From Mobula hypostoma (taxonomy: Eukaryota), in assembly GCF_963921235.1 (NCBI RefSeq), contig NC_086098.1:236778001-236842000 (forward strand): a stretch of 64,000 nt of DNA, read 5' to 3'. Positions 40,001 to 52,000 of the stretch are shown here, one piece after another. The notes under the pieces are model-generated. The model was not told where the DNA came from. It saw only the letters and a list, made by a program, of their open reading frames with translations, and made no database searches. The position numbers and the translations under genes were made by a program. The stretch's first letter is position 1. Each line of letters opens with the position of its first letter.

Positions 40001-43000
40001 CCGTGCAGTATCAACACTGTCAGGGGCACCATTGAATCAATCAGGCACTTAATAGAAACTGTATGTGCTCTCACAGGCCCCTGTCACACTGATAAAATCA
40101 ATACAGATACACATATCCAGAACATTATGTTAAAGGATGGTTGCCGAGAAGATCCTGAACACTCAATGTTTTGGGAACAGCTTCTTCCTCTCAGCCATCA
40201 GAATTTTTATTTTATACAGTGTGGAACAGGCCCTTATGGCCCTTTGAGCCGTGCCACCAGAAACAATCTGATTTAACCCTATCCTAATCATGGGACAATT
40301 TGCAATGACCAATTAACCTACTAATTGGTACATCTTTCGACTGTGGAAGAAAACCAGAAGACCCAGAGGAAACCCACATGTTCAAAGGGAGGACATACAG
40401 AGGCACCTAACAGATGATGTTGGAATTGAACTCCAAACTCTGACACCACAAGTGTAATATTACTATCCGCTATGCAACTGAGGCACACAGTTCTGCAAAC
40501 TCACTGAGAAACAGTGAACACTTCCTCACTGTTTTGCTTTTTACTTTGCACTATATTTTTTATATTTCCTATTGTATAGCAATTTATGTACTGCACTGTA
40601 CTGCTGTTGCAAAGCAACAAATTTCACAATATATGTCAGTGATGATAAACCTGAGTCACGAGTTTGTATTTTCTCCCGTTAGATCCAACATTTGTGGGAT
40701 CTGCTTGGATTCAAATGACAGACAGGAACAAGGACGAGGTTTACTTCTTCTTCAGGGAGACCAATGGCAGTACTGCGTTAGATGGAGAGCCTTACAGGGC
40801 CTATGTTGGACGTGTCTGTAAGGTAAGATGGGCCCGGATCAGCAGTAAAAACATTTACACCATTCACTACTTGGATCCTGATACTTACACACTTGGGACA
40901 TTTTACCCAGGAAATAACACCAGGGGCGGGGGGAGCTGAAACTTTTTCCCTTCTACAGGTGCAGAAGTAGGGGATGTCTCTCTCAAGTATGAGCAAGGAA
41001 CAAGGTCAACGGAGCAAAGCAAGGTACTGTATGGTACACCACTACAACACCACCACAGTCCAAAGACGTACCGGTTAGTAGCTTAATTGGTCATTGTAAG
41101 TTGTTTGGTGATTAGCCTAGTGTTACCTCCAAGAGGACCACAAATTGTCATAGGTTTTGGAGGCTTGCTTGCTTCAATAAACTCTCCAATGTCCAGCTAT
41201 GTTGGCTAGAGTCAGGGTTTTATGCTTTGGGTCTAGGTAGGGTCACCGATGCCTAACAGGTCAAAGGGTAGGGTCCAGACTAATAGTGGTCCGCTGGACC
41301 TCCTGGTTCAGGGGTTCAGCTTAGGACTAACCACCCTGACTGGTAAAACAAAATTGTAACGGAAACAGTAATGAAGATTCCTTCTACATCTGCATGCAAC
41401 GGCATTCCTGAGTGTCCACCCAGGACTTGAACGACGGACAGTAGTGAAAACCGAGAGGAAAGTACTGACCTGATGAAGGTAGCCCTATATACCACTAGAG
41501 ATGAAGGACCTTCATTGCTCACTAAACGCCAGCAGCGTAATGGGCCGTAAGTAAGATTAATATTAAATAGGTGGGTTGCTGGGTGATGCGGCTCATTGGG
41601 CTGAAAAGGCCTGTTCAGCACTATTTCTAAATAAATAAAACAAAATTGGGGTTCAATTGCTGTAAGTGGTTTGTACATTCTCCCTATGACCACGAAGATA
41701 TGCTCCGGTGCTCTAGTTTCCTCCTACATTCCAAAGACATAAGGGTTAGGGTTAGTAAGTTGTCGGCATGCTATAATGGTATCCGACACTTGTGGGCTAT
41801 CCCCAGCACAATCTTCATAATGTGTTGCTTATTGCTGCAAATGATATATTTCTCAGTACGAGTCAATGTACATGTGATGAAAGCTAATTAAAAAAGAGAG
41901 TGGTGATATACTGTAGATCTGATACGTGTGATTGGAGGTCAGAGGCATTCAGAAAATTGATTGCCTTCTTATTATCTCAACTTAAGGCTGAGCCCTGATG
42001 CTAACTCTGATTGCAGAATGAGCTGTCAACTCTCAGTCCTGGACCACTGCCTAATATCACCATTCCCAGCAAGATTTTCCCAAATCTACCTGTCTAGTTA
42101 CACCTTTTTGGGCTTTGCCAGATCGACGAAGGTGGATCGAAAACGGCTGGTCAAGACTCGTTTACCACGTTCTTGAAGGCACGACTCATCTGTGGCTTCC
42201 CAACAGAATCCAGGCTCTTCAACAAGATTGAAGACGCGTTTGTCCTGCATGCGGAGGATGATCCAAAGAACAGCATGGTGTACGGGGTCTTCTCCAGCTT
42301 GTGGTGAGTGGAAGTTCTCTGCTAACCGAATGTGGTAGATTCCACTCCACATTTTGTGATTTACCACTCAGTCTGCCTGTTGTAGTTTAACATGTACAAA
42401 ATGATGGAGGAACTCAGCAGGTCAGACAGCATCTATATAACAGTCTACATTTTGGGCTAACATCCTTCATCAGGACTAGAAAGGAAAGTGGAAGAAGTCA
42501 GAATAAGAAGGTGGAAGCTGGCAGCTGTTAGGTGGGAAAGATACAAGTCTGGGTGAGCACATGGTCAAAGAGTTGGAGGGTAGCAGAGATCACAGAGGGG
42601 GATCAGTGAGAGAAGGTCTCACTGAACTCACGTTGAGAAGATTTAACTTCTTCAGGGGAGGTATATCTCAGAGACTCAACAGCAGAGCAGCAAGTCATAA
42701 ACACAAGAGATTCTGCAGATGCTGTAAATCCAGAACAACACACGCAATGCTGGAGAAACCCAGCAGGGCAGCCAGTATCTATGGAGGGAATAAATAGTTG
42801 GAGTTTCAGACTGAAACACGTTTTTTTTCTATTTAATGTGTACAATGACCCAACAGTCTTCATTCCTGGTCAGTGTGATGCCCATCCTTGCTGGCATCTT
42901 CACAAGCTGCTGGTAAACTGACTGAAAGCTGGAGGGGGGAGGATGAGTTTTCCAGAAAACATGGCGCTGCAGTGACTGGTGCTCACAGACCTAATTTTCT

Positions 43001-46000
43001 GACATTCTACTCTCTGCAGGAACTCCACTGGTATCTGTGCCTATTCCCAGTCGGACATAGAGCAGGCATTCCGAAACCCAAAACTGAAGGGCTTCACCGG
43101 CAACCTACCTGGGGGCCAGAGGCCAGGAACGGTATGAACAGTTTTAGGAATGAGTTCAGTGTGTTCTTGCCCATTTGTTGCTTGGACCAAAATTTATTTT
43201 GTGGAGGACAGAAGTAGGGAAGTGTAGGAGGAAAGGTTTAGAGGACAAACATGGGCAAATGGACAAGCTTAGATGGGAATTTTGGTCGGCAGGGGCCACA
43301 GAACACAGTAAAGCACAGCATAGCATAGGCCTTTCGGCCCACAAGTCTCTGAAACGCTAATGTATCTGCCTCTATCACCACCCCGGCAGTGTATTCTATG
43401 CACTCACCACTCTGTGCAAAGGAAACCTACTTCTGATATTGCACATTACCATACATTCTTTCAATCATCTTAAAAGGATACCCTCTCATATTAATCATTG
43501 CTGCCATGTGAAATAGGCACTGGTTATCCACTCTATTTATGCCTCTTATCATCTTTTACACCTTTATCAAGTCACCTCTCATCTTCCTTCATTCCAAAGA
43601 GAAAAGCCATAGTTCAATGTTCTCAAGACATGCTCTCTGTTGTGTATGTGGCCTGGTTACACAACAATGCTATTAATAAGAACGCTGGAGACGGGAGCTA
43701 CGGTTCATGGTTCTTTACTGGCAGAAACTGAACTTGGCACATATGTACAGATCAATACATGCCTAATAGCACATGCTCAATATATGCCTAATAGTGCATT
43801 CAACAATGTGTTATTAAAACATAAAGTAGTCCCTTATTATACTGCAGGCCATACGGTACACTCCTCCCCTTTTATTTTAATACTGTATCAACTTTTTTTT
43901 ACTGGGGCACTATGGTAAACAAATATGTTTACCCTTAAGTGCCATTTGTTTACTTAGTAACTTAATAATACCAAATTATAACAAAGTAACGTAATAATAT
44001 TAAATTATAACAAGCCTTTTAAAAAAAAAATCTTTTGGTCTAAGACCCATTTATAACTCAAGTCTCTTGCGGGGGGGGGGGGGTCCTTCTCTGCCTCTCC
44101 GGGTAACGTCTGTCAATAAACTTGTTTGTTTTAATTCGGATTTCCATATAAAAGTCATGAAAAGTTGATCTCTGAGCATAGGGAGTTAAGAAGATGTGCG
44201 CCTCCAACTTGCTGAAAGTTCTAGGCAGCAGATCACCTTCATATAATGAAGACTCCTCTGTGCAGCTGTCCTAGATATATCCGCATCTTTGCGCTATCAC
44301 TTGTCTTCTTTACCCATATCTCATTTGTTCCAACACAGCCAATCTTCGTATTGTCCTTAGATTCCAAATAGATAGCCTGACCTTTATGATACCATTTCCA
44401 TAATATAACTTTCCATCTTCTATTTGTGCTTCATGTTTTTGTGCTGGTGATTCAGCAGGAGTGCTGGGAAGATGCTCAGGAGAAGATGGAGATGCTGGTC
44501 TTTTTGGAGATTTAAACTTATTGAGAGTTCGCAGATCTTCCATCATCTGTTCCTCTGTTAGCAAGTACAAAGTTTGTAACTTAACTGCACAGGTGCAGGT
44601 TGTCCTCTTTTGTCTGTAATTGGAACAGGGTCATTCGGTCTCCTCCTTAGTTTCCTAGTCATTATTGGCTTTACCTCCATAGAATCTCCTGTGAGTTCCA
44701 TTGTTAGCCTCTCATTCTCAATCATCTTTTTTTCTTCCAACTCAATCTTTTTAATCTTCAGATTCCTTCACTGCTGCTTTCTTCTCTTTAATATAATTCC
44801 TTTTCACTTGTTCTGTCTCCAGTTGCAGAAAAAGCTCTGCATTTCGTATTCTTTCCTTGTATTGTTGATCTAGTTTCTTCATCCTTTTCTGATACTCCTG
44901 CAAAGTGCCTTCCTGTAACTGCTGTAGCTGTCTTTTGAGAGATATCAATTTCTCCTGGTACATCTGCTCTTTTACTTCCAGGTAGTCTTCATCATCCCGC
45001 TTATTGGCAATATCTGTCTCCCTTGCATCCTCTGTATCTTCATCCGAGTCATGGCCACGGATACTGCATTCGTCCTCATTGTCGACGCTGTCCAGCTTCT
45101 CATTGTTGTAATAGTCGACAATGGGTAAGAGGAGAGCTGCGGACATCTTCCTTGCCGAGCTGCCCTCCTTTGTTGACACATTTAGTGCCTTGATGGTGTG
45201 CCAATCCAACTGGATTTTCCTGAGCCATTCACGTCCCAGCAAAGGTGGTTCTCCATTTTTCAGTACATAGTGGTTCAGCTGCTGTGTTTTGGCTCCGTAG
45301 GTCACTGTCTCTTTAATTTTACCTTTGGGATGCGCTTTCTGTCCTGTGTAAGTCTTTAGCAGGAGTTTAGTTCGTTTCAGAGGTATGTGAGAAAACAGTC
45401 GTTTGTAGTCGTGTACAGAGATCACTGTTAAAGCTGAGCCTGTGTCCAACTCTATTTTCAGTCTTACGCCTGCCACTTGTGGAGTGATATCCTTATTACT
45501 CTTTGATCATGTCTCTTTCACACTGTGAAGTTGCAGACAAGACAATTCACTTTCATCTGAGTCATTTTCATCAGAACTGCTTTCTTTCATGTTGTGTACA
45601 TTATTGTGTTTTCCTTTCTGGGATTTCTTGTTTCTCTGTATTTTGTCCTTTTGCTGCTGTTTACTAGCTTTGCATATTCTGCCAATGTGGCCCTGTTTGC
45701 CACAGTTTCTGCATTCTGTGTCTTTAAACCAAGAGTCATCTGAGTCATGTGACCTATTCCCACAACGGTAACATTTCTTTCCTTCATTTCTGTTCAGTGA
45801 CATTTTATTTGTGGCATATTCCAGAGATTTTTGTTGTATCTCGGAAGCACCCTGTGCCGCTGTTCCCGTTGATATTGCAATGTTTAGCGCTTTCTCAAAT
45901 GTAAGGTCTCTTTCACACAGAAACTTGCCACACACTAACTTATTTCCTGGCATAATTTACATAGTCATAGTATAGTCATAGTCATACTTTATTGGTCTCG

Positions 46001-49000
46001 GGGGAAATTGGTTTTCGTTACAGTTGCACCATAAATAATAAATAGTAATAGAACCATAAATAGTTAAATAGTAATATGTAAATTATGCCAGTAAATTATG
46101 AAATAAGTCCAGGACCAGTCTATTAGCTCAGAATGTCTGACCCTCCAAGGGAGGAGTTGTAAAGTTTGATGGCCACAGGCAGGAATGACTTCCTATGACG
46201 CTCTGTGCTGCATCTCGGTGGAATGAGTCTCTGGCTGAACGTACTCCTGTGCCCACCCACCCAGTACATTATGTAGTGGATGGGAGACATTGACCAAGAT
46301 GGCATGCAACTTAGACAGCATCCTCTTTTCAGACACCACTGTGAGAGAGTCCAGTTCCGTCCCCACATATTACTATTTAATTATTTATGGTTTTATTTCT
46401 ATTTAATTATTTATGGTGCAACTGTAACAAAAACCAATTTCCCCTGGGATCAATAAAGTATGACTATGACTATTGTGAAATTTAAACCTTTCAGCAATGA
46501 CCAGTGGTTTGGGGTTTAAATGCTGTTGGACAGTGTCTACTATTTGCTTGAATGCTTTGTCAGCTGGCTTTTCAGGGGTCAACAAGCTCCGTAGCAGGCC
46601 GTATGTTTTTGCTCCCATAATACTGAGGAAGACGCTGGCTTTCTTTTCGTCCTTAACACTGTTAGCCTCACAATATAACTCCACTCTTTCAATGTAAGTT
46701 GCCCAGTCTTCAATGCCACTATCAAATGCTGTAATGGTTCCAATCATCGCCATCTTTGTTATGTTAATTAAGCCCCGTTTTCCCCTTATTTTCCTTTTTG
46801 ACTCGCGTGTCCTTTTTGCTAGCGCCACGAGCGCACTCTGTCTAGATGTGTGTGTGTGTGTCGCTCCTTTTTATCTCCTTGCTGGGGCAGGCAGACCCTC
46901 AGCCCCTGGGGGGTGAGGGGGGGGGTCAGCACTGGCTGTGGTCTTGGCTGGACGAGCTGCGGCTCCGACTGTGTCTCTTGGTTTCCCGGCATTCCCGACC
47001 CCGGCTGTGCTCCCGCTTCCTTTCAGACTCGTGGCCTCGCTCTGCCTCCTTCTCCCACTCCTTGGCTCGTTCCTTGCGCTCTTCTTCCGAGTGTCATTAT
47101 CAATTAAAACACGGCATTCCAATACGACGCAAGTTCATTAACCTCATTGCCAATTTGTTGTGTATGTGGCCTGGTTACACAACAAAACTATTAATAAAAA
47201 CGCTGGAGACGGGAGCTAAGGTTCATGGTTCTTTACTGGCAGAAACCGAACTCGGCACACACGTACAGATCAATATACGCCTAATAGCACATGCTCAGTA
47301 TGTGCCTAATAACGCATTCAATAACGTGTTACTAAAACATAAAGTAGTCCCTTATTATACTGTAGGCTATACGGTACACTCTCTAATCCAGGCAAGCATC
47401 CTGGTAAAATTCCTTTGCAACCTATCTACAGCTTCCACATCCTTCCCATAATGAGGCAACCAGAAGTGAACACAATATTCTGAGTATATTCTAACTAGGG
47501 TTTTATAGTGCTGCAACATTATCATGTGGCTAGAACACAATCCCCGACTAATGAAGGCCAACATACTATATGCATTCTTAACCACCCCAACAACTTGAAT
47601 GAACCAGTTGGGCTGTAGGGCCTGTACCCTTGCAGTATGATGCAATGATTTGAAGTCTTGAGCAGTTGGGTAAAGTATTGGTGATGCATTCTAGGCTGTG
47701 TGCAGTCTTGAGTACCTTGCTAAAGGAGGATAAACTGGCTTTCAGAGTGGTGCAGAGGACTGCTTACTGCAAAGAGGAAGGTTTGAATCAGTTGGCTCAA
47801 TATTTACTGGTGTTTAGGACAAGGGCTGATCAGTGAGAGGTTGCTTGATGGCGATGTACGATGAACAAGTTTCTCCGGACTGGAAAGATCCAGAGAAACA
47901 ATTTCTTTTTCAGGACACTAAAGGAAATGGAATTCTTCCCCCTCCCCTTCTTCCTCTTTCAGGTCGTCATCTCCCCTCCTGGAGATGAGGAGGAATTGCT
48001 TTTCCCAGAGAGGAGTGAATCTCTAGAATTCTCTGGCCATTACATTACATTACATTTGAGGCTACCTCATTAAATATATTTAAGATAGATAGACTTTTGC
48101 ATAGCAGGGGTTATGGGAGAAGACGACAGGTAGGTGGAGCTGAGTCCACGGACAGATCAGCTGTGATCTACTGAATGGCGGAGCAGACTTGATGGGCCTT
48201 ACCTTAGAATTCAGTGTTTTAATTCCACTTGGGTAAGAAGAAATTGGAACATAAGAATTTGGATGATATTTGGGGTCAAGGCCACAGCTCAGAATGGTGA
48301 GACTTTACTGGATGGCCAGGCAGGCTTGAATGGCTGAATGGACTACAAGCCCACCTCTTTAGTTTCCAAATCCTTTGATTGAGATGCATCAGTGGGGCGT
48401 TCATGGTGGCTAGGTGTCTGGTCAAAAATGAGAACTGGACACACTGGAAAAAAATGACTAAATGGCTTCATTTCCACAGTGCATCAAGGTGACCCCACCC
48501 AAAGTCATTCAAGCCATCAGAAGCTTCCCAGAAATTGAGGCGCCTATCTACCCATTTTTGAATCACCCACTCTACGTTATGAAGCACAACAACTACACTA
48601 GGATTACAGCGGACAGAGTGAAGGGGGCCAACCAGGACGTCTATCATGTCCTATTCCTTGGTACAGGTACGATACATTCACCAGACTAGCACATGTCTCA
48701 GTTTGGTGGGCTGTGACGGGTGGGAAATTCCAGGAATTGAGGCCCAGCTCCAGGCTATTTACAGACTACATCAAACATAATTGTACTATTTCCAGGACTG
48801 GTGAGGCATGGAACAAGGTGTGAAGACAAGTTGCGATAGGGAGGTAGGGAAGCTCCAAGGGGAAGCTAAATGATCAGGCAAACCGTTCAATAAGGAACAA
48901 TGCAATGTCATCCATTGGTAGAGAAAGACCATAAGACATCAGAGCAGAATTAGGCCATTTGGCCTATCAGATCTGGCTGTTTTATTATCCCTTTCAATCC

Positions 49001-52000
49001 TATTCTTCTGACGTCTCTCCGTAACCTTTGACGCCTTACCAATCAAGAACCTATCAACCTTCACCTAAATATACCCACTGACTTGGTCTCCACAGCCATC
49101 TGCGGCAATAACTTCCACAGGTTCACCACCCTTTGGCTCAAAAAAAAACTCCTCTTCACCTCTGTTCAAAAGGGACACCCTTGTATTGAGGCAGTGACCT
49201 CGGGTCCTAGACATCCCCACTACTGGAAACCTCCTCTCCAGGTCTACTTGATCTAGGCCTTTCAATATTCAGTAAGTTTCAATGGGATCCACCCTCATTT
49301 TTCTGAACTCCAGTGAGACAAGGCGTAGAGCCATCAAATGTTCTTCATGTTAACCCATTCATTCCCGTGATCATTCTCATGAACCTCCTGTGAATGAAAC
49401 AGATGTGCTATCTGTGCCATCTTCTCACACAGGTGGCAAGTATTCTTTTCTTAAATTGAGAGGCAAGGAAATATTTAAAAGTTATTTTACATACACCACT
49501 TGAAAACCAGCATGAATTTAGGTGCAATGATCACAAATGCTGGAGGAACTTAGCAGGTTAGGCAGCACCCATGGAGAGGAATAAATATTTGACCTTTCAG
49601 GCCGAGATCCTTTATCAAGTCTGGAAAGGAAGGGTGAAGAAGGCAGAATAAGGTGGTACTACAAGCTAGCAAATGATAGCTGAGCAGGAAGGTGGGTAGG
49701 TGGGGGAGAGAGGGATGAAGTGAGAAGCTGGGAGGTGATAGATGGACGAAGTAAAGGGCAGAGGAAAGAATCTGATAGAGGATAGTGGATCATGAGAGAA
49801 AGAAGGAACAGGGGCACCAGGGACAGGTGATAGGCAAGTGAGAAGGGGTTAAGAGGGGAGTCAAAATGGGAAATGGAAAAAAAGAACGAACGGGGAGAAA
49901 TCACCAGAAGTTAGAGAAATCGACATTCATGCTGTCAGGTTAGAGGCTACCTAGACAGAAAATGAGTTGTTGCTCTTCCAACCCAAGAGTGGCCTCATCA
50001 TGGCAGTGGAGGTGGCCATGGACTGACAAGGTAGGTATAGCAGACAACTGGGAACACAAATGGTATGTTGGCCCTTCTTGCTAAAGGATTTGAGTACCAG
50101 AGTAGGAATGTCTCACAACAGTTATATGGAGTATTGTGTACAGTTTTGACTCCCTATTCACAGAAGGTTGCTATAGAGAGATTTGCCAGACGGATTCCTT
50201 GGATGACAGGTCTGCCATACCAGTAACAACCAAGTGGGATAGCCCTGTGAAATGGTGTTGAGGCAGAACACCAGTTATGGCCTTGTGGTATAACAGTAGA
50301 CAGAGTGGTGAAGAAAGTTGTTTAGCACACTGGCTTTCATTAGTCAGGGCACTAAGTGCAGAGTTGGCGAGTTATATTACAGTTACACAAGACACTGGTG
50401 AGACCACACTTGGGAGTATTGTGTACAGTTTTTGTCATCCTGTTGGAGGAAAGATGATACTAAACTAGAAAGAATGCAGAAGAGATTTACCAGGATGTTG
50501 TCTAGATTTGGGGCTCTGAGTTACAAGCTGAAGTTACGTAGACTAGGACTTTATTCCCTGTAACATAGGAGAGAGAGGAGCAATCTGATTGGGCTATCTA
50601 AGATTATGAAGGGCAAAGGCAAGGTGAAAGCAGTCTTTTCCCAGGGATGGGCTAAAAGCAGAGAGGATTGGTTTAAGATTAGAGGTGAGAGATTTAAAAG
50701 GATCATCAGGGGCAGCTTCTTCACACAAAGGGTGATGCATATATGGAATGAGCTGCCAGAAATAGTGGTAAAAGCTGGGGTATTAGCAACATTTAAAAGC
50801 CATCTAGATACGTGAATGGATAGGAAAGAGTTAGAGAGCTATGGCCCAAACACCCTCAGAGGGAAGTAGTTCACTGGACATCATCAGTATAGACAAGTTG
50901 CGTTGGAGGGCTTGTTTCCATGTTGTATGACTCAATGAATGCTTTCATGCTCCTATGCCTTACTTACATAGTCTGTGAATGGGGCAGGTGTGAAGGATGC
51001 CCTATAGCCATGACGTTTGTATTTTCTTTTCAAGGTAATGGAAAAATCCACAAAGTTCTACTCAACAGTGGGAAGTCCTTCATCATTTCAGAGCTTAGCC
51101 CCTTTACGGCTGAAGCTCCCGTCTCCATCATGACGCTGGACTCGAGCATGGTAATGTTCTGACAGGGAATGACAAGGGCATTATGCCATTAGCAGTTAGC
51201 GTAATGCTTTACAGTGTCAACGATAGGAAGACTAGGGTTCAGTTCCCGCTGTTGACTGTAAGGAGTTTGTATGTTCTTCCCGTGACTGCATGGGTACCCT
51301 TAGGGTGCTCCGGTTTCCTCCCACATTCCAAGGACATACAGGTTAGGGTTAGTGAGTTGTAGGCATGCAAGGTTGACGACAGAAATGTGTTGGGCTGCTC
51401 CCAACATAACCACAAAATAAAACACTAATGCAAACGATGCATTTCAATGTTTGATTGCAACAGTTAAGAGAAGTTTGGATGGAAGTGGTATGAAGGACTA
51501 TGGTCTAGGTGTAGGTCGATTGGACTTAGCAGAATAACATCTTGGCATGGACCAGATTGGCCAAAGGACCTGTTTCTGTGCTGTAGTGCTCGATGACACT
51601 GTTTGTTTTGATGTATAGTACAGGTGACAAATAAAGCTAATCTTTTTATCATTAAATGATGAACTGCACTCATCTCCAGGAGGGCACAGGTTGACTCAAG
51701 TGCCCATCCAGTCCTGTACCTTGCCAGTGGTTGATGTAAGCTACCTTGTTCCATTTTCCATCTGTCACCTCTGGAACTGCAATAACCAAATATGTTTACC
51801 CTGAGCCAACTTCAAGCTTAAGAACTATTTGCGGTGCACACAGCCCAGTAACACAGTGGGATCTACTGATATTTAGGGGAATAGAGCAAGCAGGAACACC
51901 ATATGACTGTAACATCTAAGAGCAGAGTTATGCCATTTGACTTGAGGAGTCTGCTCCACCATTTCACCACGATTGATTTATTATCTCTCTCAACTCCATT

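Larger units (their letters stand above)
43638..47378 (-). mobile_element. Non-autonomous Ty3/Gypsy (Mag-like) LTR retrotransposon carrying a SUDS3 retrocopy
   Basis: Two 223-bp TG...CA direct repeats (43638-43860, 47156-47378); TSD ctctc on both sides; PBS-like TGGCAATGAGG after the 5' LTR; PPT AAAAGGGGAGGAG before the 3' LTR; gag, zinc knuckles and DTG protease inside. Confidence 0.95.

Noticed and set aside
44221-45146. SUDS3 as a functional nested gene
   Set aside because: Frameshifts, deletions and internal stops; intronless and inside an LTR element
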